The notes beneath the pieces are model-generated. The model was not told the DNA's origin, did not search any database, and saw nothing but the letters and a program-made list of their open reading frames with translations. Position numbers and translations under genes: made by a program. A stretch of 63,079 nt of DNA, filler included, from Choristocarpus tenellus KU-1152 (lineage: Eukaryota > Protista > Phaeophyceae), in assembly GCA_964200185.2 (NCBI GenBank). It is 9 parts of 9 records of this genome, joined end to end, with 100 filler letters (N's around TTAATTAATTAA, not from the genome) between each part and the next. Parts side by side here need not be neighbours in the genome. Positions count along the whole stretch, not along the records: positions 1 to 10,637 come from CAXNAD020002811.1; positions 10,738 to 23,578 come from CAXNAD020001691.1; 7 more parts are not named here. The stretch is one strand, 5' to 3'. The stretch's first letter is position 1, and every line of letters starts with the position of its first letter. Of the stretch, positions 1-11,330 are shown in pieces.

Positions 1-19
1 CCCCCCATCCCCTTCCCAC

Positions 20-409
20 CTATGCCTCATACTGTTCCCAACAGGCAGGGAGCACTCGTCCGTGTCCTCGATGGTCACCGGAACAAACATACACTCCCGG
101 GTCAATACATCTCCTCCGCCTTGTCCATCTTCCGGAACCACCCGATGCACCGTTGCTTGTACATGGTGGAAACCCACAACCCTGGCATGCACAGACGGAC
201 CATCGTTGCATGTAGGTGTGGAACAACACAGTACAGGACACTCTTGGGAAAACCTACATTCTTTCCAGTGCCCCGCGGTGATCTCTGCGTTGGGTTACGC
301 GAGATTTTGAGGAAAAGGCATGCTGCTCCTTTGTGAGAGCAAAAAGGTGCTCGAAGATCCTCTGTACACCCACTTCAGAACAGGGAAGGTCGCGGCATGT
401 GACTGTGTG

Positions 410-460
<51 letters not shown>

Positions 461-2086
461 TATTGAAAAAAAGCACAATCACTTAATCAAGCAGAGAAAA
501 AATACTGGGGAATAATAATAATAATGATGTCACTAATTGGAAAAGGTGATTTCGAGGCAATACTTGACATACATCCACTCATCCTTTTTACATCTTGTTA
601 TCGGCAAATATCTCATCCTCTTAAGCTTAAGCAGAGGTTTAGAGAGACAGCAGCAGCAGAAGAGACCAGACCAATGCACAGCACCAGTAATACCGACAAA
701 AACGCCAACAGTATCTCACGAAAATCTTGGTCTGCCCTTAAGCAAACCGAGGCTGACATTAACCAAGAAATATGTGTTGTAAAAAGTGTGCAGGGTGGTA
801 GTCAAGTCACAAAAAGCCAACAGAGTGAAAAAAGGGAAACCAAAATAAGATCAGGTAATGCACATCTCAAATAGATAATACGTCTTGCATCCCCATTGCT
901 TCGTCCCTCCCCCACCCCTAGTCATTCAAATCCCCCATTGTCATATTGTCCAAAGCAAAGATGACCTGTGGATGACATCGCCGAAGTAGTTGATCTCAAC
1001 CTTGACCACATCATCCAGGTTTTCGTTGATGCGGTCCGTGATGACCTGGATTAGAACCATGATGTCTGTCGGCGCATCCTCTTGGCTGAAAAAGTGTTAA
1101 GGTTAGGGTTAGGGTTGGGGTTAGGGTAATTAATCAGTTATGGCGTGAACGTGATACACTCCAAAAGTCAACGTACCAACAGGTTTTTTATACGAACGGA
1201 GAACGAGGAGAAAAAAAGGTGCCATGACTGCCGTTTTTCAGTGGATCGCTAAAGTTACATGGATGGAGTTGATCAAACAAAGCGAACAACTCAGATAGAG
1301 TATGGTGCCATAGAGTTGATTGATTTGACCAATTACGATACATTAAATATTTGGCACCCATTGCCCAACCCACTAAAACCGCTGCGATAGTGCATACTAT
1401 GTTCCATTAGACTTAGGAGTCAAATGTACACTCTTGTATCTTTGTTCTTTCAAATCTTGAATGGAAACCTTTGTGTAGAGTTCGTTTAATTGCCATGTTC
1501 TATCGAGGACCCGAGAGCCTCTTGCACAAAGGCAATGTTGTATTCGCATTAAATGGAAGCAGGTAGGGTGTTACACCATAACGTGGTGTACGACCACCCA
1601 AGAATTGAGAGATAATTGCACTAGTAGCAACAATCCTGCCAGGACGGGCCTCGATAACGCATGCCCCACCACTACACCATCAGTGCAAAAAAGCATCGCC
1701 AATTCAAGACCTACAGACACAAAACCTTCCTCGCAGCTCATGGAAAGAGGGAACAAAAATACTGAAGACGAAGCAATTCTCCAGGTTCATTAAGGTATAG
1801 ATTTTTGTATCGGTGCAGTCCAAGCACGAAGCTCTCTTTCCCACCTGTAAGTCGTTTGCACTGGCAACGTCGTGCATTGCCCGTTGGCTTCAACAATATC
1901 CGTCGTCGTATCCACTCTCCCAACCCTCCCCACTTGCTCTCCCTTCAGTGCTGCTGTGTCACCTGACTCTCCTCCAGCAACGGAGAAAGTGCATGCCGTT
2001 GATATCATAAGCAATACACATGTGGCCACCACACCACTCCATCGACCAACCCTAAAAACGTCAGGAAAAGCCAGCCTTCCGGACAT
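20..2086 (-). CDS. Putative secreted protein with start of a calcium-binding EGF-like domain (spliced, 3' end runs off window)
   Basis: Hand-spliced exons 2086-1845, 1671-1577, 372-258 and 181-20 are all GT-AG with matching phases (2,1,2,2). The N-terminus has a hydrophobic signal-like stretch (GVVATCVLLMISTACTFSVA). The last exon ends VTIEDTDECSLPVGNSMRH, matching the EGF_CA start D-x-D-E-C...H. Confidence 0.5.
401..456 (+). repeat. (GT)n microsatellite
   Basis: Directly visible dinucleotide run. Confidence 0.95.
1097..1127 (+). repeat. Short interstitial telomere-like (TTAGGG)n tract
   Basis: gttaaggttagggttagggttggggttaggg. Confidence 0.7.
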
Positions 2087-2496
2087 CTTCACCCTTCTCC
2101 TTAGCTCAGATTAATGAGCTCAGATTGCTAAGGACGAAAGTCCACACGAGCTCAATCTGCCGTCACGCTAACTTCCACCCGTGCCCTTCTTACGGCACTG
2201 AAATCTATGTGGTTCGTATTTCAAAAAAACTTGGATCACGTATTCTTCAAAGAGCCTTCCCTACTAGTGATGCAACCTCTCACGGCCATGGGCCCGTCCT
2301 ATACTGCAAAGGGAACAGCAGGTGCGTGCACCGAGGATCCCTTATGCTGAGGTCCGTGTTGGTGGTGGTGTTCTAAGGTTTGGGACACCATTTCTCCATT
2401 TCTCCATTTGGAACTAGGAAATCGGATAGTTTACGAAGTTTTTTGAGATGAGAGTTTGAAGTCACTCCAGATGTTTACCACAAGACACAACTCTCG

Positions 2497-5400
2497 ATGC
2501 CGTCTCCTCCTGACAACTCCAGGGCTGAGGCACGCATCATTCGGATGCTAAGGACCCTGGGGTACCCTGGGGTGAAGTCTTTGGACCCTCCTTCCCAGTG
2601 TGTGGAGTCATTAGAGTTGTCAAGGATCGTATCCTGGTTGGAGGATAGGAAGGTATGGTGCACTCCACCACTTTGCTTCTCTGAAAGTAGTTCTTCCCCT
2701 TACTTGAAAGCTAGCCAGAAACACTATGTGTCGAGGTTTTGGAAAGTCGGTCATAATATTTCTTCTTGGACCCCCTCCCACCCCCGATCTGCCGAACAAG
2801 GTCCGTCACTACCTTGCGGAACAACGCGACCCCCTCCGCAACCCAGGACCGGCATGGAGGGATGCCTTCCAAATATATCTCCGAGAGTTGGAATACCCCT
2901 ATATCGATGAAGATAGGGACGGCAAACAACTACCAGGTATAGTCATGCCCCTCTGCTTATCTCGTGCTGGAGCATTGCTTTTCGTTGGGTGATCCTCATT
3001 ACACATGTTACCAGAACATGGTCGAGTCTGCAGGATTGTAATGTATGTAGGGCGATGTGGGGGTTCTTTCGTGCCATATGCCGCCACTCTGATTGTGCCG
3101 CTGCACATGGATCGTTTTGAAAACAACATGGGATGCACTTCTATGTCGACCCCAGTTCTAGGGGACGAGTGACTTGGGTGGTCTAGGTGATGAGCTTTTG
3201 AATGATTGATAGTGTTACAGTAAACCGAATCTGTGCACAGTTCGGTAGAGTGGTCAGCTGTATCTCCGATTCTGCTTAAGGTATCACATATCTCACAGTT
3301 TCTACCTCTACCAAGCATTATCACAGTGTTTCCTTCGCACTTCAACACCATTTCTAAATTGATTTGTTTGGGAAACTACACTATGCTTCTTCCTCTTCCA
3401 TGTTCATTAAATCGATGCCAAACGTGGGCTCCCCTTTCCTCCCTTCTGCACTAGTAGCTGCTACCTAGCGAGTTGTTAGGCAAGTGAGCAGCTCAATTAA
3501 GGAGGGGTTGCTCTATCAACTCCAGTGCTACCAACGTCCACTATTCCAGACTCCATTCCTCACTAACCTGCTTGCTGTTCCTTGAAATCTGGAGGAATTC
3601 CACTACCATTGGGGGTCATCTTTCCCATATCCTATCAAAATCGACACAGTACTATTATTTCAACTATTTTCTCCCATGTGTATTCAAGCATAAACCTTGA
3701 CATACTCTCCACCCCCTGAAGAACGTTACAAACAACTGGATCAAAACACTTACATCAACTCAAATTCTTACTGGCGATCACCTAGTTTCTATTCTGAACG
3801 AATGGTTATCCCCACAGGAAAATTTTACGTAGTTTTTTTTTCAAGTCTTTCGTAGATATATCCCCATGTTGGTCCATCGTCTTCAATATCCAATCCTAAT
3901 CTTCCCCTCCTTCTCCACCTGTCTTATACAGTGGCATCTTGCATCAATGAGCTAAACTGCACCTCCTGATGTTGCCCTCTGAGCTACCTTGATAGACCTT
4001 TATTGTCTCCCATAAAATGCGCGCCGTACCTCTTGCAACCAAGCTCTAGAAGGGGCTTAATCTATTTGAGGCGAATCACCTCCTTAGCCAGATTGCAGAG
4101 AGATTCCTAATCAGGCCCAGTTGTCGACAGCGCATTCGTCATTTGCATTCTTGGCCACCATGCCACATACCACTACACAAAACATCACCCCCCACCGCCA
4201 AAAGCCTAGTATCAACACAAATACGATAGTATGTACTTAGTCAGCTGTATCTCAACAGAGATGGTTACTGTTCAAGCGGTCTTCAGTGAATGAATTTCCT
4301 CAGTGCCTGCATTACCTCACTTGGCAATTTATTTTCTATAGAGAATGTTCTTGGCCAGTCTCCCCAAACCCTGCGAACTTCACTCTCCCTTTCTTTCCCC
4401 CGTTAACATTTTATAGCCCACTGGCAGTCCTAGCAGCTCCTCGTCATCTGTCCAATGACAACCCCATCCTAGGTCATCTTGCCTCCCTTCCTTCTGCTCC
4501 AAATTCCCTGTCCAGGGGTGATTTCTGGTCGATCCCTTGTTGGGCAACCCCATCACCAGGCACAGATGGCAATTGCCCTACCCCGACACAAAGCATTGAC
4601 TTGCTCTAATTTCCAGCCAGATCTTGTACAACTGACCAGACACTGCGCTGGATGAGAAAGCTAGGTAGCATGTTGAGTGAATCAATCCCGAAGGACGATT
4701 CTCCTCTCCTCTCCAGCGTAATGATACTGGAGTAGTTCCTACCTAGGCAATTTCTGGCCCAGTCGAGGAGCTCATCCTTACACATATATACTACCAATCA
4801 ATGCACACTATTCCAGAGTCCATTCTGTTCTGTTCTGCTTGCTGCTTCCTACAGTTCTAGAACACTAGACCTGGTTATACTGATCAGCTACTGTTATGGG
4901 CTACCATTTGTCGTATCCCAATATCCTCAGTGCAGTGCTATTCTGGGAACCATTATCACCCATGGATAGTGAATCAGAAATCTCTATATTTTTTTGGGCA
5001 TATTTCTTTGCATTTCATGCCCTTTTTAAGGCCCTAATGTGCTGCACTGCCCAACAGGGTACGCAATGGGTACTATATGCCCCGCCCCGCCCTGGCCCCC
5101 CCTCCCCCCTTACAGATGTCTGACATAGGGATAATATTTATCTCGGTGAACACCAAGTGCAGTGCAGAAGGATTAGATTGGGACCAGGATTTGTTTCGTG
5201 TTTCTTATGGCAAGGGTGAAGATTGGGAGAGGTGCAGCGATGTACTGCTACACATTTTCGGAGGGGGGGGGGGGCAACTCAAATTTCTTAGCTCCAGGTC
5301 TTCCAAAAGACAAGTTGGCATTATCGTGTGCTTCACATTTGATCCTGCACCCCCTTTCTTGTCGGCACCCTATTCGAAGGTGAAGATCGTGCTATTCTCC

Positions 5401-6704
5401 TCCGGAGTCTGTCTTGGTTGGTGGGAAATGCTCTGGCCTGCGAATTTGAGGACAAGAGACACTTGTACAAAGCTGCCAAGCACAAGGTGCGCCTAGAGAG
5501 AGGGTGGGGCGGTAGGGCATTGGGTCGAGCGGGGGAGGTGATTGAATGCAAGCACAGCAAGAGTTAGTGGATGTTCTTGTGTGGGATGGAAGCCGCTGCT
5601 CTTCCTGTGTGGGGCATCTCGCCCCTCGGCGTTTGAGAATTTCATCCTGCAAGTCTATGCATGCATTTCGCTTTTGCCGGGGTGTGCGTGCTTGCTTTGG
5701 TGACAGTCCTTTTTTTTTTCGGCTGCGTGGTTGAAGATCACCTTGTGTTACACAGTGGTAGAAGGTTTTTTTCTGCTCACTTTGCCACGGACTCTTAATG
5801 TGTGCATTCGTTCGTTGCAGTAACTGCCCGCACCGTGTACATAGAGTGCCAGGCAAAGGTTGTAAAGATTTCTTTTTTTTTATCCTTCACTTACACACCC
5901 TTGATTTAATTTTGTTGACATTTGAAAGATCAGAAGACTCTAGCAGGGATACATTCGCCTCCTCTTGTGCGCCTGCTGACGCCTTCCATGCCTTCAATAA
6001 GGTCACTATGCCCTTACACCTCCACCCGCACGTAACCCTCACATCCAATGTCACATGTGGTCATGACCGACCCAATTGCTCTCATTTAGATTGTGCGCGT
6101 GCCGCTCACCCTCAAGACGGTCCCTGCGGAGGCAGTGGGGGAGGTTAGTACTCAAACAGATGGGGAAGGGGCAAGGACAGACCACTCCAAGTCAGGAGGA
6201 GTGTTGGATCCGCTACCATCCATCCAACTTGTCCCAGACCCTTCAACAGAGTCAGTTCCCCTTCCCGCCCCGCCCCCATCCCTATCCCCTTCCCCCTGGT
6301 CTCCGAAGTTCCTTTCCGACCTGGAGTCTACCTGTGTGAGCCTAGGCGTGACCTTTTTGCCTAACGATGTTGTGGGGACACTTGAGGCGTTGCTTGTGGC
6401 CTCTCGTAGCACAGCAGAGCGCCATGAGGCAGGGTTGGCAGTGAAGGAATCGACAGGGTCTGGGGCAGTTGTTGAAGAGAATGAGGGAGATGAAGCCAGT
6501 TTCCCCCCGCCAACCCTCAGTGACTTCACGTCTGGGGTGTCAACGGGGGACGATACATGTGATAGGGTGGCGATTGTCTTGCGGATGCTCCACATATCTG
6601 ACCTACGGCGAGTACAGCATGAGGTAAACTCTATCCTGCTTTCAACGCAAGACATCACAGCAAATCCAAGGACCAACTCAAACCTAGGAAAAGTAGGTCG
6701 CTGA
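2497..6704 (+). CDS. RTRAF: RNA transcription, translation and transport factor (RTRAF/C14orf166/CLE; tRNA-ligase complex subunit) homologue
   Basis: Exons 2497-2652, 2801-2936, 5380-5486 and 6090(or 6117)-6704 are GT-AG and phase-consistent. Motifs IVSWLEDRK-VRHY, WRDAFQIYLRELEYP, SWLVGNALACEFED and the C-terminal VLRMLHISDLRRVQHEVN...NPRTNSNLGKVGR* match RTRAF (WLEDQKIRHY ... LRLLHI..LR.LQ..IN ... LGKVGR). Confidence 0.92.
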
Positions 6705-7555
6705 GGGCTGATACCTTGTGTCATATAGATGTTCCTGCTTAGGGAGAGGAATGTGGCTCACAGGAGGGATTCATACACAAACTAGAGGAAGTAGTGTGCA
6801 TACCCTGGAGAAATATAGATTTTTTTTTTCATCCACTGCCCTCCCACTCCACCGCCCCTCACCCTCAGCTACCTCATAAATGTGCGGTCATCTTTGTGTA
6901 GGGTTAGGGTTATTTGTGTTTTTTCAAAAAATTCGGCATGATGAAGGAAGATCCTTGTGATTAGTGCTCCTGGAATGCTGGAGTCAAGTTGAATTCAGAA
7001 GTTCGCCATACATGTTACTGGACTGCATTGTGATACTCCCTCCACAATAAGCATAGTTTGTACATGTCTACCCCTTTCTTTCAGCTCAGTCTGCAGTCAG
7101 CTCAACAATGTGATAGGATGAATGACAGGGAGGAAGAGAGTAGGGCATGTGCCTTTCCTTTGTTTCTCTTCAAAAGATGTGCAGGCGTGGGCACTCCTCA
7201 TCAGGGTATTGCTCGGAACGTGTGTCCCAAGCAATATGTTCTGCTCTGGATGGTCCCTGAGTATGGAAGATGCATCTCCACAAACCAAAGAGAGGTGTTT
7301 TGCACCTCTCAACACTGAATTGACAAACAAGTGCTTCCCACTGCTAGCAGGACCAATTAGCATCTGCTGGCAAATCAAGAATAGACCACCAAATGAACTT
7401 GCACTACCCCCTGAAAGAAACATTAAACTGAGATGCCCAGCCTGATTTAGAGGATAAGCATTTCTTAATCTTGTTTTGTTTCCTAGTTCTGATGTAAGGG
7501 GTATTCGCTGTATGCCTTGAATACGCCCCATTCCTCCAACTGTCAAGCATCATCG

Positions 7556-7617
7556 TGACTCAAGTGGTTAAGGCGGCACCTATCTATGCAGCTGCATATT
7601 TTTAGCGGGTTTGAACC
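7556..7617 (+). pseudogene. Degenerate tRNA-derived sequence (possible SINE head)
   Basis: Box A-like TGACTCAAGTGG followed by TTAAGGCG, and box B-like GGGTTTGAACC. There is no pairing acceptor stem. Confidence 0.4.
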
Positions 7618-8247
7618 AGTTCAACCCCGCACTTCTCTTAACGGAAACCTGATTTTAGATTATACTCCTCTTTGTGGCAAGCCCAACATTTTGTACACCT
7701 GGACTATCCTGTCTCTGGGCATCGTATGGAAATGCCAGACCAAGATCAAGGTGGAAACTTTAGGGGGGTTCAGCAGAGTATTTAAGAAAGGAGGCGGAGC
7801 AGTGAAAAGTGGGAGTGCAGGACACACGAGAAGCAAGGCAGGAACAGAGACCGTACCACCATTAATAGTTGTGCAACAGATAGTCAGAAGTTAAGTATGA
7901 GAAATATTCCAGTGTGTCATGCCTCTGAACTCGGGTCAGGATATCCCCAGAATAACTATGTGGAGAAAAATATATTAGGGCAATTATTTGGGGTAGGAGC
8001 TCGAAGGAAAAATGATGACAAGCACCCAGTTTTGTCAAATTGAAATATTTTGACCAGGGACTGTCACGTACAGGGCGTAGCCTGCATCCCTCGTAGAGAG
8101 TAAAGCGTTTTTATATATTTACAAAGGGTTTTCGCTGACTAATGAGCCAAAGTGAATGGATGTACCCAGGTTTTGGTCGTTTTGCGTTTTAAATCAACTT
8201 TTTAAATCTTCGGCAATTCACCCATATTTCTATAAATGAAGTACTTT

Positions 8248-8501
8248 TGAGTGAAAGTATCTTAGAGGGTACGAGTTTTGCCCTGTTTGTCCGTTTGGGG
8301 CTCGGCTTCCCATATTTTTTTAAACAACATTTTCCTATTCCAAAATATTTCGGAGGAAGTAAAATGTGTATGTCATGAAAAGGTATATTCGGAACTAGGA
8401 TATTGACGCTTCCTAATAAACACGATACCCAAAATTACATCAAAATCGGACCATTGGATTGTGGCCCCCAAATGGACACAGCTCTGCCCTCTAAGACACT
8501 T
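8248..8501 (+). repeat. Dispersed repeat family B, copy 1
   Basis: Aligns over ~250 bp with the reverse complement of 39705-39968 (e.g. tagagggtac..gagttttgccctgtttgtcc.tttgg.gct.ggcttccc; ttacatcaaaatc...cattggatt.tgg). Confidence 0.8.
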
Positions 8502-9177
8502 ACGGCTCTTTTGAAAGTGTTGATTTCTCTACTATTTGAAAATTTTCGACAGAACATAGAAAATTCCCTACACGCATTATTTGTACAAAATGCCGAAATT
8601 TGTACAAAGGTTTCACGTTCCCTCGAGTGGTACCTCTCCCAAACTTTGACTCAATGGATGGTATAAAGAGGGGGGCGATGTCTACCCAATCGGAGAAGGG
8701 ACATACACTGTGCGCCCCACTATGGGAACCAGGGGATCTGTTGAGTGTGATCATTGTTCGGAATGGTATTTACGCTTGAGGAATTTGTGTATAGATACTC
8801 GTTTCAAGTAACGGAAAACGAGATGAACCTCTATAGAGCTCTGAACAGGTCCCACTGTATTCTATAAAAGGTGAACACTTTCTTGGTAACAATGACAACC
8901 TGGAGAAGACACTTAATCTTCTAGGAAAGATTACTAACCACCTGTCGCTGTTGGTAGGAGAACCAGCAGGTGATACCGTAGGTCGAGCAGAAGAGATCTC
9001 ATGACGTACTCAATAATAATTGGTGTTGGTCGTATTCTGAATAGTGCTAAAGTTGAAAGAGTCACGTACTACGGTGTGAAGTGATTTCGAGTTTATTAGT
9101 AGTTTGTTTTGCTCACGAATTCTGGATTATTATTATTTGCTTATTCCTTGTTTGCCATTCCTCTATTCTCCATTCCC

Positions 9178-9290
9178 CATTTGATGACCAACCAGTGCGA
9201 ATGCCCTTCGTCACTGATTGCCAGCCACCCCCCACATTTGATGACCAACCAGTGCAAAAGCCCTTCGCCCCTGATTGCCAGCCATCCCCC
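9178..9290 (+). repeat. 57-bp direct tandem duplication
   Basis: catttgatgaccaaccagtgc...ctgattgccagcca occurs twice in tandem. Confidence 0.8.
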
Positions 9291-10619
9291 ATCTTTCAAC
9301 CCCACACGAGTTACCACTCCCCTCAACCCCACAGGCAGTTCCCACACCACTCAACACCACTCAACACCACTCCACAATCATCCAAGAACACCCCTTCAAA
9401 CCGTGCCTTTGGGCTAGAAGACATCTACCCCGCCGTAACTTGACCTCCCCTCCCCCCCCCCTTTCCCGGTGTTCCCGTCGTTCGTGAGCAAGTGACAGGG
9501 TGGGCGGGTGGGAGAGCTTGCTCGGAGGTGGCCTTGGTCCCCCCTCTTCGTCCTGTACCCCTGGTTCTCTTCCCTTTTATCAATCACTGAGTGCTGTTCC
9601 TCCCTTTTTCTACCACTCGTTTCCGTTAACCTTCTCTTCCCTTCCTTAACTATTTTTCTCTTCCTGCTTCCTTCTTTTTCTTTCCCCTGCCCACGCTTGT
9701 CCTGTGCCCCCAGCCAACCAGAATTCTTCCGCCCACAAAACTCAGATTATTTCATAAACTCTCACTCGTTTCAAGAAGTGAAGAGCGAGTGGAGTTGAGG
9801 GGTGTGTCCAGCAAGATTTTTTGTTGTTTGGTGGACTAAGAAAACCTGTCACTGTCTCTGTCGATGGGGTATACCATAACAGTCATATTACACAGGGTTT
9901 TACATAGGTATGGTTGGCATGCACAGAGGGCAGTAATATACACCTGTACTTCCTACAGATCCAAGTAGTATTGGTGTAGCAGTCGAAGCAGCAGAGCACC
10001 GAAAGGGATTGAATACTAACAAGACAGGTAACATCCGAGAAGGCGATGAATTTTTGTTGTTTTTCTTGGTGAGATCACCCGTTTCAAATTTCAAAATCAG
10101 ATGGGAGAAATATATCTCGACACGGCAAATGAAAAGTTCAAGGTGGACAACAGTTGCAAGTCTTCCATGTATTTGCCCACATAATATAGTTGTAGAACGA
10201 TGTCAGTGCTAGTTTAGATGAAGCAAGTCTGGTACATTCCACTACGAGGAGACTTCACATAAGAAAAAGGGATGCACGGGGCACCCAAGAGGGCTGTACT
10301 GGTGAGTATAATACCGACAAAAGACTGAATGTCAACAAAAGTCGTGGGGATCACAGCAACAAGCGAGAACATGGATATCACGAGCGAAGTCACATGCTGG
10401 TGTGTGCCCTAGCATAGGAATGTGCCTGTGTATGGTTACCTCTTACTCCATAGTAGTCTGAAGCATCTTCTTTTCTCCCTCCTTTTTAGTTATGATTCTG
10501 ATGTGTATTCAAGTATCCACACCTTCACCACTCGTGTACTGAATGCCGAGGAATCCATTAGGTTGATATAATACATCCGTAATAACGTAAGTCAAGAACT
10601 TCCGGGTGCCTGATAGACC

Positions 10620-10637
10620 CAAAGTATCTGGGAGGGG
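10620..10637 (+). mobile_element. MITE family A, terminal fragment at contig end
   Basis: TIR caaagtatctggg followed by a G-run into the spacer. Confidence 0.75.
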
Positions 10638-10737
10638 NNNNNNNNNNNNNNNNNNNNNNNNNNNNNNNNNNNNNNNNNNNNTTAATTAATTAANNNNNNN
10701 NNNNNNNNNNNNNNNNNNNNNNNNNNNNNNNNNNNNN
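10638..10737. other. Artificial contig spacer N44-TTAATTAATTAA-N44
   Basis: The identical 100-bp spacer, with stops in all six frames, occurs 8 times. Confidence 0.97.
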
Positions 10738-11330
10738 TGAGGATGGGCTTGACCCAAAATTGACTGGGATAAAGTGTCGATGTGTTTTTTTTTGGTCTTT
10801 CAGTGTGATGTACCGTCTGTCGTATAATTCTTACGTATCATCAACACAATTGAAATCGGTCAAGGGACATGGGTGCCGAGATAGATCAATAAGACACGCG
10901 ATCCATATTTCACTTGGGAAGCTCTAATCTTGTGGTAAGTTCAGGGAAAAGTCTAGAACATCACAATTAATTCCTTTCATAGTTATTTATTTTCCAGTTC
11001 AAAATAAGTGTAATATTCAAATATGCTTACCAGAGAATTTATTATTCGACCGAAGGGAAAAAGAGAGCGAATATGTGTGCTGATCATTGTAGAGGGATAT
11101 TTTTCCATATTCTGAGACATCAGAGGAGTTGTGCCTGCGAATAAGTTGGAGGTTTTCTTTGTTTTTGTGCTGTTTTTGGTGGTGAAGAGCAATGTGGGAC
11201 ACAAGTAGCACACAATACAAAAAAAAACATGTCGACACTTTATCCCAGTCAATTTTGGGTCTAGCCCATCCTCAATGAAAAGCTCCATCCTCAATGAAAA
11301 GCTCCATCCTCAATTTTTGAAATCGGCTGT
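10738..11330. mobile_element. Non-autonomous long-TIR (foldback/Mutator-like) element, left end truncated by spacer
   Basis: 10738-10792 (tgaggatgggcttgacccaaaattgactgggataaagtgtcga..ttttttt) is the reverse complement of 11219-11274. The right arm continues with ~2.5 copies of a 19-bp unit, ccatcctcaatgaaaagct. Confidence 0.7.

Noticed and set aside
524-874. 116-aa plus-strand ORF
   Set aside because: No recognisable motif, and it lies antisense within an intron of the inferred EGF-type gene.
6152-6724. 190-aa antisense ORF (similarly 49496-49810, 52575-52850, 58432-58890, 60147-60584)
   Set aside because: These are shadow frames opposite better-supported coding sequence.
10682-10693. TTAATTAATTAA as a biological palindrome or recombination site
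   Set aside because: It is always centred in an identical 100-bp N spacer and is a standard six-frame-stop linker.
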